A stretch of 62,774 bases of DNA, the filler included. It is 4 parts of 4 records of this genome, joined end to end, with 100 filler letters (N's around TTAATTAATTAA, not from the genome) between each part and the next. Parts side by side here need not be neighbours in the genome. Positions count along the whole stretch, not along the records: positions 41,208 to 56,267 come from DRR378314_1762; positions 56,368 to 62,774 come from DRR378314_1784; 2 more parts are not named here. One strand, given 5' to 3'. This document shows positions 51,701-62,774 of the stretch, piece after piece; position 1 is the stretch's first letter, and each line of letters starts with the position of its first letter. Below the pieces are notes generated by a model, which saw nothing but the letters and a program-made list of their open reading frames with translations, was not told the origin of the DNA and searched no databases. A program made the position numbers and the translations under genes.

Positions 51701-52354
51701 AGGCACTCAAGGTAAGGCTAATGCATACAGCGCTTGTGGAAGAAGTATGCGGAGCCAGCGGCGCACGCACGCAATTCTTCTTCCTCCAATTCATGTGTCT
51801 GAGTTTCGGCTGCGCACGCACTGCAGGCGCATACGGCTACATCTCGATTGGAGATAAACCGACTCCGAGCGGAGCTCCACAGGATGGAAATCGAGGCGAT
51901 CCGCCTCCAGTATCATCACGCGAGTCTCGGCACTGGCAACAACGTTGGCGTAGGGGGGCGCAAAATCTCTCATCCGCAAGACCGAGCCCCTCTACGCGAG
52001 GAAGCGGAAACAATCGATCTTTGTGCACATGGGACGAGACCGAAAGTGGATTCGAGTTTTCAGCCTGTTTCATCAGCTGGGACGTCAACTCAGCACACGG
52101 GGCGCCCTGGCGTCGCGGGAAGTGACGTTGCAGCCTCCTCGAGCGCAGACCGGCCCGACTTGCCACCCACGCACCCTGCGTCCACAGATGAAAAGGCCAC
52201 ATATAGGAATCGGATAGCCTCTACGAATACGGCCCTGGAAGTCGTGAGGAGGCGAAAAAACGAACTGATTGCGAGTGGAGCGTATTGTGAGGGGGATACT
52301 GCCATTCTCGCCTTGGATGAGCAAATCCAGCTTCTTCAAGCTGCGCAGGACTGA
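48720..52354 (+). CDS. CEP120: CEP120-like centriolar protein (4 exons, about 901 aa)
   Basis: Exons 48720-49275, 49559-50961, 51493-51711 and 51827-52354, all GT-AG with matching phases. N-terminal C2 (TVPLKL, LGFCLVDLR, RWQKL), C2C-like TDPPLDV, a coiled coil starting LAGWKYEQ, and C-terminal LIASGAYCEGDTAILALDEQI resembling the CEP120 tail. Confidence 0.8.
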
Positions 52355-52832
52355 GTCGAGCGCACTGATTCGTTCGCGATTTCGAACGGGAACACACGTC
52401 GCAGGAACAGAGTTTCGCCCCAGAAGATGCCGTGCTTGCTGATCACAAACCTTCTATGCTATGGATCGCATAGGTTTTCGTTGTCATGTGGATGGAAAAA
52501 TGCATGCAGACAGACGATTGAGGCTCTCGCGACTCTGCCGTCGCTCCGCAGAGAAAAGCGCAGCGGGGGAGGGAACGAACAGCAGCGCGGGATCCGGGCG
52601 CCAGCAGGTCGCACGCACAAGGAGCGCACATTATCCCATGGGCTACAATCTATGAAATAACATCGGGCTGCCCCGCGGAAAAGGAAGGCAAAGCTTCTGC
52701 ACTCTGCATAAATATACTGTCCGTGCAAAAAAATGGGGAAGGATTCGTTGTGCGATTCGTTTCCCCGCCCCACCCCAGGTAAACAATATCCATTCATTTT
52801 TTCGCACATGTTACGACAAGGCAGCCGGTCGC

Positions 52833-53933
52833 TCACCCGTCGCCGAGATCCATGCCTGTGGTCACTTTGAATTCAGAACCCGCCCCAGGTATCTGCGAAG
52901 CTAGTTGCGCACTTCCTTCAAATTTTACATCTAAAGTGGAACCATCATCGAGAGTTGAGCTTGCTGAGCGAGTACCGTGTTCCATCGCTGCCGGAGCCGA
53001 GCGAGAGCTGCTCCGTTCACCTGCCGCTTCTACGGGTTCCGCCACTGTGCTCCGAGAATCCGCCTCTGGACCTTCCTTCTCAGTATTCATGCTGCAAACT
53101 GGGATGTTTAGACTGTTGTCACTATGATATTGCTCGCGGTCTCCCTCAATCTCGTTTGCATATAGATCAAAGAGCTCCGCAGCGGAAGCGCAGCGCATGT
53201 GCCCCACGCTTCCAGGAGCGGTCGCCATGTCCGGCCCGTCTCGTACGCTCTTTGCGGGATAGTTTTCGAGCAGACTGATCAGTTCAAGAGCATTGTCAGG
53301 GACACACAAGGGTATTTGGAAATAATTACAATCATGCTGCATCATATCCGAGCGAGTCATTGCGGGAACAGGGCGCGTCTCCACTGCACCAGCTTCATCG
53401 GCGCTCGACGGGGGCTTCGCGGGAGCAGTTCGCGGACGCGGTGCTGCCTTGGTCTCTACCGGTGTTTGCGGCGACACCGTTGTTGTACAGCGGTCTTCGA
53501 GCTCACTTTGCAACTGAATCACGTTAATTTTTGCCTTGAGATCCATGATTTCGGGTTTACGGCCGTATGATGCATCACGATGAAGGCGGCGCTTGATTGT
53601 CGAGTTCCAGCGGTTTTTGATCGCGTTGTCGGTCCGCCCAGGTAGCAGCTTCGACAGGTCTGCCCAGCGATTCCCTAGCGCCAAGTGGGCTTGCACTAAG
53701 ATGCGATCCTCTTCTTCTGTCCACTCGTCCTTTCGGATCGATGGATCTAACTGATTGTGCCAGCGCTCTCGGCACTGTTTGCCAGTTCTTCCCGGGACGG
53801 CAGCCGCAATCAACGACCATCGTTTCGTCCCGTGCTCCTTCACTAGTGACATTACGACGGCATCTTCATCAGGAGTCCACGATCCTTTCACCGGTCGATC
53901 TTTGCCGGAGGCCGCTCCGTCACTCAAATTTTC
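52833..53933 (-). CDS. Two-repeat MYB transcription factor (main exon; gene ends uncertain)
   Basis: KGSWTPDED...WSLIA...[15 protein letters not shown] and WTEEED...GNRWADL...[13 protein letters not shown]. In-frame acceptor at 53934-53936 and a possible donor GTGAGC at 52836. Confidence 0.88.
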   Translation of the reverse strand, partial: ENLSDGAASGKDRPVKGSWTPDEDAVVMSLVKEHGTKRWSLIAAAVPGRTGKQCRERWHNQLDPSIRKDEWTEEEDRILVQAHLALGNRWADLSKLLPGRTDNAIKNRWNSTIKRRLHRDASYGRKPEIMDLKAKINVIQLQSELEDRCTTTVSPQTPVETKAAPRPRTAPAKPPSSADEAGAVETRPVPAMTRSDMMQHDCNYFQIPLCVPDNALELISLLENYPAKSVRDGPDMATAPGSVGHMRCASAAELFDLYANEIEGDREQYHSDNSLNIPVCSMNTEKEGPEADSRSTVAEPVEAAGERSSSRSAPAAMEHGTRSASSTLDDGSTLDVKFEGSAQLASQIPGAGSEFKVTTGMDLGDG

Positions 53934-56267
53934 CTGCGCTCCGATGCACAAAAGCGTTTGAAACATAAGTTTGACAAAATTAGTAGGCGGAGGAACAGTC
54001 GACAGTGTCGCAGGAGCGCCCACGACGAGGCCTTGTGGTTCTGTAGCACAGGCGCAGTTGTCTGCGGGACGCGCACGGCTGCTACCGAGCCCGCACTGCT
54101 TTTTATCACTTTCCTAACTGAACAGATCACAAATTCCATCTCGTTATCGTATTCCACCGATATATCATGTATAGATAACTGAAACATATACCAAGATCTA
54201 CTTTGCCTTGTCTACAACAAATGTGGAGGAAGGCCAAGGCGGCGAGGGCAGCAGCGAGCAAGACCTCGACTCCGTGGGACTGGTGCGGTACGCAGCGATC
54301 ACGACTATCGAGGTGGAAGCAACAAGGAACCACAATCTCCCAATTTTGCACCCCTTGTTGATAATGAATTCTATCAAACAAATCACATATCGATTTCTTT
54401 GTGGGCAACGCATAGCAATCTAGTTGCTGCTGCTGCACCTCGGTTGCGCAGTCTCATGGGAGCACGGGGCGGAAGCGTTGTGCGCGCAGCACTGTAGACC
54501 GGGCGCGCTCTGCAAGCTTTGGTGCAGCGTGCGCTGTCCAAGAGTGCACAAAAAGAATGCTGTGGTGTAAAGCTCCCGCTCTGATTGTCCAGAGAGCCGT
54601 TCTTTGGCTTGCAGGAAGCTGCAAGACCCTATGTTGAAATTGCGTGGTGCACCATTTCGAGAGGCCCCCCACGGGCGCATACGGCGGGAAAACTGCAAAT
54701 TATAAGAACAAAAGCGCCTCTCATGATGCGCTGCATAGATTTCAAGCGTGGCACCAAGAAACTACCCGCGTGTTTTCTTGTATCTTGTACGTGCGGGGCA
54801 CCCTGGTGGAGGATGCGCGGTAACCGGCGCGGGCGTTGCTGCCTCGGGAAACGTGCGGCAACGCTCCACACCAGGAGCGTCCGACGTTCTTTGCTGCCGA
54901 CCGTGCGCTGGGAATTTCACCCATAAAAAAGAATATTTTTACAACCAGAATATTGTTATCTGTTACCAAGGACTTCGTGCGACTACGAGTGCGGAGTAAA
55001 AGCTCGAGATAGCGACGAAAGGCTCCCGCTGGCGACGCAAGACGGCCTCTTCTGTCGTCCTTGGCAGGCCGGGCTGCCCCTGCATTTTATCGGCCCGGCA
55101 CTGGTAAAGAACTTCCCATAGCTTCGCATCGTATGCGCCAGCAATCGCGTCTGTTTCTATTTTCTAATTTACGAATTAGCTACTTTTCTTTCGAATAAAA
55201 CTTCCACTATTCGTGTGATCAAAGATTTTGCTGCGCTGATGTAAACACGGGCGGCGCGTGATGCAACGGTGCGCGCCAAAGGCGCGAAAGGCAAAAGCGG
55301 CCGTGCGCTCAGCGAACTGCGCACCACGAAACCGGTTGCGACGATGGGTTGCCGACGACCGCGCAGAAGCAGTGTGTGCATGTCCAGGACAAGTATGCGT
55401 CTATAAAGACTTTGTCTCATTTTTCTGTTTTCTAAACGTAGTCATGAAGAAGAGAGTGGGGGAAGGGGTATTTGCAGCAAAGCGTTCAATGCGATATCGA
55501 GTTTCTACTTGCGTCGCCCGCAAGCGCGGCGCAACGTGCCAGGGTCGCGACGAACCCCGCGAGCGACGCGAGCAGCGGTTGCGCGCGCGAGGCGGCGCTG
55601 TCGAATAACGACCCTTGCTCTCGCTGGAAACTCTCCCACAGGAAATGAAATTGAAAAATGAAAATGTGCAAAAACATAGCTCTCACACGAATCCTTTTTT
55701 GAAATGAGGAATTTAGCTCTTGCATGGCGAAGATCTAGGTGATATGTGCGCGTGTTGCGGTGGGCCAAGTTCGAAGCTGCTAGCGGGACACTCCGGCGAC
55801 CTCACGGTAGGACGCGTAGAGCGAGCTCGTGCCTTGCGCCCGCTATCCAAGCGCACAGCTGCGAGAGGCTCCCATCCTTTTCACGACGCTTCCCGCATTT
55901 CTGTCCGACTCGCACGCGAGATGCTCTTCACTACACCGTTGTCAAACTAAATTCCTGGTCCGAGGAGCTGTAGCTCCGCGCACGAATGTCACGACGTGCT
56001 TGAGGGTCGACGCTGGAGGGCGGTGCTGCGGCGGCAGCAAGAGAAAGCGCAGCACACTTTGCACGCAACGTACGTGACCACTCATGCATGCGTCTGAATT
56101 CTTCTCTCTCTTTTTCGCTCTTCTCGCAGGTCTTGTGTGTCTCACTGCCGCGGCGCGTCAGCGGGGGAAAAGGGAAGCGGAGTGGTGGCGCTGCCTCTGA
56201 GAACGCCGCCGCTCGCGCTTGTACCGCACAAACCCTACCGGTTGGGCTGAGCGAGCCAGCAAGCACT

Positions 56268-56367
56268 NNNNNNNNNNNNNNNNNNNNNNNNNNNNNNNNN
56301 NNNNNNNNNNNTTAATTAATTAANNNNNNNNNNNNNNNNNNNNNNNNNNNNNNNNNNNNNNNNNNNN
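56268..56367. other. Artificial contig spacer
   Basis: Same N44-TTAATTAATTAA-N44 linker. Confidence 0.98.
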
Positions 56368-56394
56368 AGCAGCAGCAGCAGCAGCAGCAGCAGC
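56368..56394 (+). repeat. (AGC)9 microsatellite at the contig start, read as poly-Ala
   Basis: Nine AGC units directly after the spacer. The GCA frame continues into the downstream exon. Confidence 0.85.
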
Positions 56395-58695
56395 TTCTGC
56401 GGCCGAGGGGTCAAACGGCAATGATGCGGATGCGTCGAAAATGTCCCTGGCGGACGCAAACCGCGTGAGTGTGCGGTTCCGCGACCGCATTCTTGAGTCA
56501 ATCTCGCAGCATGTGCTGTGCGGATTGTTGGGACTGGTCGACAATGCTGAGTCCAAGCTCACGCACGCGAAAGCCGCCACGCTCGTGCGGGAGACGCTCA
56601 AGGGCGCGCAGTGCAAAGAACTTCTCCCTGCTATTATCAAGGTGCGCATGCCGCAAGGCAGCTGCGGTCTCCGCGAACATCTGTGTGAGCCGCGTCTGTT
56701 TTGCGAGGACACCTGCCGACGGCCTTCTCGCGCGGCGCTGCCTTGCGCTTTGCACCTCCGCGCCTCTGAATTGTGAGCGAGAAATATTCCTTGTGCAGAC
56801 CGCGCCTCGAGGCCGCGCGAGTTCTTTTGTGCATGAACCACTGCCGTGCGGAGCCTTCGTAGCGATGCGTATCTCGTGCTTGTGCGGTCCTGCGCCGCAT
56901 CTAGCATATGTCTCACGGCGCGCGCGCGCGCGCGTCTTTGCAATGCGACTCGCTGCAGCCGGAAGAGTGCGAGCGCGTTCGCCAGGAGGGTCCGCAGACG
57001 CATGCGCTCACGGATTCTCTAACGCGCCTCCGCCAACTCGCGTATCTTCTCAAAGTGGAAGACGTGCTGCCCGCGCTGCTGCTGTGCTACGACACCGCTG
57101 CGGTGCGCATTGCGCGCTCGTGCATCGGAACGGCAGCTACGAATTTCGCGCTCCTCGTGCTCACCCGTCGCCAGATCCAGGCAATCTTGGACGCGCTGGC
57201 GGCCAACGGGCGCGTATTCGAGAGTGCGAGCACCTACTTCCAGAAGTGCCGCAGCGCGTGCGAGCGCGCCATCGCGCGCCACCTCGACGAGCACGACACG
57301 CTGACGTCGCAGCAGCTCTTCCAGGGCATCAGCCACCGCTCCGAGGTTCTGTCGACGTTTTGTACAATCACGCTGTGCGAGCTGTTGTCCGCCTCGATGC
57401 AGTATACGGCGACTGAGAATCTGTCCGTGTCGGACATTCTGCGTGCCGACACGATGTCGGTCATCGAGGGCGTGCGCAAGGCTTCCGCGTCGCCCATCTC
57501 GCACGTGCACCGCAATGTGTCCGAAATCTGGAAGGTCCTCACGCAGACGGACTGGACCGATGAGCTGATCGCGTGCTACAGCAACGTCGACACGCTGGTA
57601 ACGGATCTGCTGACTGTGAATTCGGCGATCAGCATTGTATCCGACGACTCGCGCCTCATTTCGCAGCTGGTGCTCTCGTTCGTGCTCGAGATTTTGAGCT
57701 ACGGAGAGACGGAGACGGCGCCGATTCGTCTCGTCGGCATGCTGCTGCAGCGGGGCTTGTTCCCCGTCCTTCTCGGCGTCATGTCAGACGCAGTCGGCTC
57801 CGAGATGCTTTCCAAGGGCGCGCTGTTCGCCGCCAGCATGATCGAGGCGCTGACGGCGTTCGCCTCCACGGAGCAGCTGGAAATCGTCGCGTTGGCGCCG
57901 GGCGGCAAAGCGCGGTCGAGCGGAAAGGAGCAGGCGACTGGCGGGCGCGCGGAGCTCCCGGTGCGGCCGCAGGACGTCGACGTGCTGATGCGCCTCGCGC
58001 GCCTTACTGTACACGGCCGCGATCCGCGCAACGCCTTCCAGTTCAAGACGCGCTGCCTCTCAGCGCTGCGCAATGTTCTCAAGTCTGAGACCGTGTTCTC
58101 GCTCAAGGAAAACGATGAGGCCTTCCACCGCGCCGTCGCTGCGCTGCTCAAGGACCGCGCGGATCCCGCTTTCAATCGCCAGGCGTGGCGCCTGTGGTAC
58201 CAGCTCATCACCCGCCACCGCCGCGCGAAAATGCTCAAGCGGTGGCGCAAGATGGATCTGCTGCAAGAAATGCTGGGCGCAACCGGGTACGGATATGGGA
58301 AGAGCGTGTTCGTGAACTCCGTCCACTACCTCACGAAGCTCGTCGTCCACTTCGATCCGCGGTCGTACGCGGGCGCCAAGGACGCCAAGAAGCTTCGCGA
58401 GGCCGCGGACTCAAACATGCGCGAGCTCGTCGCCTTCTTTTCGTCGACAACACATTTCATTCGCATCCACATGCCGTACAACAACAGCGCGCAGCGCGGC
58501 GAGCTGTACCAGAAACTCGTTGCGTTCTACTACGTCCTCCAGACGCACGAAGTCGCGTCGAAGCTGGCGCAGGCAATTACGCGCGGGAACAACTCGTACG
58601 CGGACGCGTTCGCCACCGTGCGGACGCTGTTTGAGGGCGACCCCGATCTCTTCCGCGGCCAGACGTCGTCGAGGGTGCGTTCACCAGTCGCCTGA
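56369..58695 (+). CDS. Uncharacterised eukaryotic alpha-helical (ARM/HEAT-like) protein, 5' truncated
   Basis: Exon to 56641, phase-0 intron 56642-56958 (GTGCGC...TGCAG), then exon 56959-58695 with strong GC3 bias and Leu/Ala-rich helices. A possible further donor lies at 58675. Confidence 0.7.
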
Positions 58696-59272
58696 GGTGC
58701 ACAGATGTGCAGAGCTTCATCCCCCACCTTCACATTGTATCAGTATTGGCAATCGCGCCGGGGGGGGGCGGAAGCGATTGAGAGGTGTTCGAATGCGCCA
58801 CTTCGCAGTGACACAGAACACCACACGGTCGCGCTTGCGTGATTGCTGTATCTTAACCCTAGTCCCAACCATATAATTCTTGCTGGTGTTCGTGTAGTGC
58901 TCGTTTTGCTGTTGCTGTCTTCCCCTTTTCTTCGCTTGCGTTCTGTCGCCGCGCGTGTGCCATTCTGGTCATTGTCTATCTTTCGGTCTGCTTTCCCCCG
59001 ATGCTGAACGTTCATTGTGGGTCGGCATGTTTTCGTCTGCTGTGGCGCCGTGTATTGTGCGACTGTGCAGGATCCGCACGACCGCTTCATGATGTTCATT
59101 CGCAAGCGCGCTTTGGCATAAAACGTGTGCGCGGGCGCTGCGACGGCGTTGCTGTCCACCGTGTATTCATACATGACCATTGCAAGAGGGCAAGAGCGCA
59201 GCGCAAATGTTTAAACGCGTCTGCGTGCGGGTAGCGCACAACACCGCGCACTTCCGAACTGCATGCGCGCCG

Positions 59273-62200
59273 CTACGCCTGCTGCAGGCGGTAAATCTGG
59301 ACGTACGTCTCCGCCACGGGGATGAGCTGCGGCGCTGCCTCGGCCACGTCGATGTCTTCCATCTCGAACCACTGCCGCAAGCCCTATGGTGAGCGCGCCG
59401 AACGCCAGGCAGTGAAAGATGGAGTCAGATACTGAGCTGCGGCACAGACGGGGCGAGGGCAAGGGAATGCGGTGGCCAAGAAGGGCACTGCAAACCGACG
59501 GCGCCGCCTCCCGCCCCCCTGCAAGAGCGGGAGCCCACAAGGCAGAAAAAGACGTACCTGGTGCAGCACATGGCATTTGAACGATCCAGAATCCGCCCGA
59601 CCCTCGTGGCATATGTTAGCCACCAAGTCGTACTACAAAACGCGAGTGAGTGCAAGCACAGCGACACGCGAGGCTGCGTTAGGCAAAGAAGGGGTAACGC
59701 AGCAAACACCAGGAACGTGGCAAAGGCAGACGGCGGTCCCTGAAATGTCACATATACATGTACGTTATGTTACTGGAGAACGCAAAGTCCTGCGGTTGGA
59801 ATAGAATACTGGGACGGATTCTACACATACAAGCGGTGCTGTTCGACGGCGACACGGAGCCGCACGTGCGTTCAGACGGAACCGGAAGGGTGGCGCCGTC
59901 GAAACCACAGACGGCAGAAACGCAGCTCAAACCAGGGGAACAATCCCTTCCTACATCCCTCCGAGCAGTTTTGTTTTCGCTGTAGCAATACAGAACATTG
60001 TTTAACCCAACACGGTAATGGTGCCATGGGAGTAATCAGGGGCGACTGTTAGCGCTGCTGCATACCTTGGTCGTGCGATGCGCTGCGCGAGTTGTCGGCG
60101 AGAGGTAGTCGCCCATATCCAAGTTCTACAGCACAGGACACAGCAACAACAGCAGCAGCAACTCTGTCAAACAAATACACACTGAACAAATCCTCTTTTC
60201 ACCCATTAAGACAAAATTGAACCCTATAGCACAGCGCTTTGCCGCAGCATCTTGCGCAGCAAACTCGTAACCGGACTGCTGCGGAGCGGATCGGCCGCTC
60301 CAATACCTCGCGAACAGCAGAGCAACGAGCGGAACACTACACGATCTCGTAGCGTCGACTTCTTGCATCGGCGAATCAAACCCACGTCGGCAACTGTCAA
60401 GCCACAATGAATATTTCGGGATTTCATGCAAGTTGTACACATCGGATAACATAACGTATGGTGGAAGACGCAGCTAACATGCGGCGTTCTCGCGCGCAGC
60501 AAAAGCGCAGCTTGGGCGTCGCGCAGAGCTGACGAGCTACCGGGAAAACACCGCACCTTGACTGTAAAGTTCACGATCGTATTATTCTTCTCGACAAAGT
60601 AGTCATTCTTGGAGAAGCGCTTGAAATGCAAGACAAGGAACTCGGGCAGTCTTTTAATCTCAAACCTAAAGAGGTAAGATGAACATTAGGCAAATGCGAG
60701 CGCATGGACAGAAAAATAGCGTGTGATACATCACAGTAAAGAGCGACCACGCCCTGGTGCGCGCGCGGAAAATTCGGCTCCGCTACCCTCTATGAGCAGC
60801 GGATGCTCAAGCCAACCGTACCTGCGCAATGTTCCTGGTACTGGCTCATGCTCGGTTCGACCGTCGTACTTTCGGAGCAGCGAAAAGAGCGGAATCTGCA
60901 ATAGCCGAACAGCAATGGAAGCAATCAGCAGTGCGAGAAAAGAGAGAAAGCAGAAGCACGGGAACGCCTACGGAGCTCCTCTCTCGTCAAAATCAGCGGC
61001 AGACGATTATCCCCCGCGATGTGGAACAAACCAAGTATACCCGACTGCGAAAAAAAAAGAAAATTTAACTGCAATAGCGATGGCCGGCTCAAAACTATAT
61101 GATACTGAAATGAGCGGTCAGAACTGGAGCAGTCCAGGTTCCCAAGCGGATTCGGTAGGCTGGCGTATGGGCGCGCAACCGCGGAAGCTGCGGGTTGTCC
61201 ACGTGAGCGCGACGAGCAAAGCATCACCTGCGGGATCGTCGTGCGCTCCATCGAGTCCTTGAATAGTGGGAGTGCGGGAAGATCCATTCCAAGCATAAGA
61301 AATGGAACACGCTTCGTCGTTGCAGTGATCTCCGGCGCGACGCCGGCCTCTTGGCGGCCGCGCTCGAGTTCGCGGTCGATCTGACCGACGACCTCGGCGC
61401 GCCGCGTGTGAATCTCGAGCTCGCCCTGGAACGCCTTGTGCACGATCGAAGACCCGTTTCGCTTCGTGCCGCCGAGACCACTTCAGCGCCACAGCACCGG
61501 TGAAACGCGCACGATAACATCGGATCATGCATAAGACTGCAGACCATGTAAACCGAGAACTTGCGTTGTTGGGAATAAAGGTGGACGCAGGTGCCAGATC
61601 GGCGACAGCAGGCACAACGCGCCAGTGCTCCCGCTACAAATGCGCAGATAGACAGCCCGCCAACATTGGCGAGCGACCGCGCGCCCAAGCAACTCAAGGG
61701 GAGAACAAGGAGGTGAATACCGGTGGGTAGATTCAGCATACCGATGGAGAGTATTGAGGAGCCATTGGAGAAAGACGACGGGATCAGCCTGTGTCTTCGG
61801 ATTGTACTTTTTGTTGGAGGCCACGCTGACGGCTTGCATGAACTCGTGCGGCGAAACCTGCGCAGGGAGAGAGGGCAAAGTGGTACGCAGGTCTGCAAGT
61901 TAGTAGTGTACACTTTCCCAGGGACGACACAGCGTCTCCTGATGTGAATCTACGTTCATTTCGCCCTGTGTCCAGCGCATTTTGCTCCCAGCGATCCCGC
62001 CCTGGCCAACAACGAGGAGCTACAGCGCTGCGCCGCCTAGGCGGCCCCGCTGGCAAGAGTCACAGCCGGGCCCGAATATGAATGGCGCGCACTTCTCCGC
62101 ACCCCTTGCAGGGAATGCAAGAATCGTGCGGCCGATGAAGCATTGCATGCCATCCACTGCTACGTTTGCAAGAAGATGCAATGTGATGATCGCAACCGTG

Positions 62201-62565
62201 CGCATTGTCTCAAGAGACCTAAAACACCAGGTCCGCTCTGCAATAAGAACACAACATGCGCCCTAACGTGCCGGTCCGCTTGCCTGCAGCTCTCAACTCA
62301 TGGACGGCGTGAGAAGGGCACCAAAAACGTACCAATCCTTTGAAATTTCGCGAGTTCCACATTTTTCGAAAGCACTCCGAGAGTTTGACAGCAACATTCG
62401 CATCTGTGGGTGCATGCGTCAACTTCGCAATGTGCTCAATCTTCGTCTCGTCCATGAGGTGGTTTCGCAGCATCGAGACACGCGCAAGACATTGCACAAT
62501 CGTACCGAGGTAGTCGGTCGAGCCGAGGTTGTTCAGACCGACTGCGCCAGGATAGTATTCCTGCC
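59273..62565 (-). CDS. USP39: U4/U6.U5 tri-snRNP protein USP39/Sad1 (inactive ubiquitin protease), 5' part outside the window
   Basis: Exons 62565-62333, 61857-61742, 61480-61228, 60895-60822, 60665-60557, 60125-60066, 59632-59558 and 59383-59273, all phase-compatible. Motifs: PGAVGLNNLGSTDY, KMWNSRNFKGLVSPHEFMQAV, KRFSKNDYFVEKNNTIVNF, YDLVANICHEG and ETYVQIY. Confidence 0.9.
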
Positions 62566-62774
62566 CTGCAGTTTGAAAAAGAATACAGCGTATGTAGTAT
62601 GTAACATCGCAAATATAGCGTAAGCGCAAAGCGCTTTGTATCCCAGGTCCAGCGCTGCATTCTGCATGGGCGCAGAGTCGAGAAATTCACTTCAGCCAAG
62701 CGGTACTTGCTGTTCCCCACCGCTTTCGCCGCCAACCACCGACGACGGCGGCGGTGCAAGGCGACGCTACACGG

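Noticed and set aside
54440-56267. Many short ORFs and a strong + strand acceptor at 56128-56129
   Set aside because: No coherent protein could be built. It may be the 5' UTR of a gene running off the contig, but that cannot be supported from this sequence.
59288-59392. Possible + strand terminal exon of the helical protein
   Set aside because: The opposite strand encodes the conserved USP39 C-terminus (QWFEMEDIDV...ETYVQIY).

Overview
The window is not one replicon. It holds four contigs joined by three identical artificial 100-nt spacers (N44-TTAATTAATTAA-N44 at 21556-21655, 41108-41207 and 56268-56367). Contig 1 (1-21555) is Rhodobacteraceae/Roseobacter-type chromosome. It carries dapA, a soluble lytic transglycosylase, a split MnmC pair, OmpA, a WYL regulator facing a small orphan ORF across a palindromic operator, and a methylated-glycine (betaine/DMG/sarcosine-type) C1 cluster. 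Contig 2 (21656-41107) is visibly more GC-rich Rhodobacteraceae DNA. It carries partial paaA, a motif-degenerate AtuA, rpe, phnC and partial phnD. It also carries a ~14 kb catabolic locus: GntR, class I glutamine amidotransferase, cytochrome P450, GS-like gamma-glutamyl ligase, class III aminotransferase, IclR, TctCBA, aldehyde dehydrogenase, a Tm-1-like protein and a PaaI thioesterase. This locus is the best candidate for an undescribed system, a glutamylation plus P450 amine-degradation pathway with an unknown substrate. Contigs 3 and 4 (41208-56267, 56368-62774) are intron-containing eukaryotic DNA, probably from a centriole-bearing protist. They encode a >1700-aa CAP-Gly protein with repeated beta-sandwich-like modules, a 4-exon CEP120 homologue that appears to lack the C2B domain, a two-repeat MYB factor, an unknown helical protein and 8 exons of USP39/Sad1. 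All calls come from motif recognition and manual splice and frame checking. No database searches were run.
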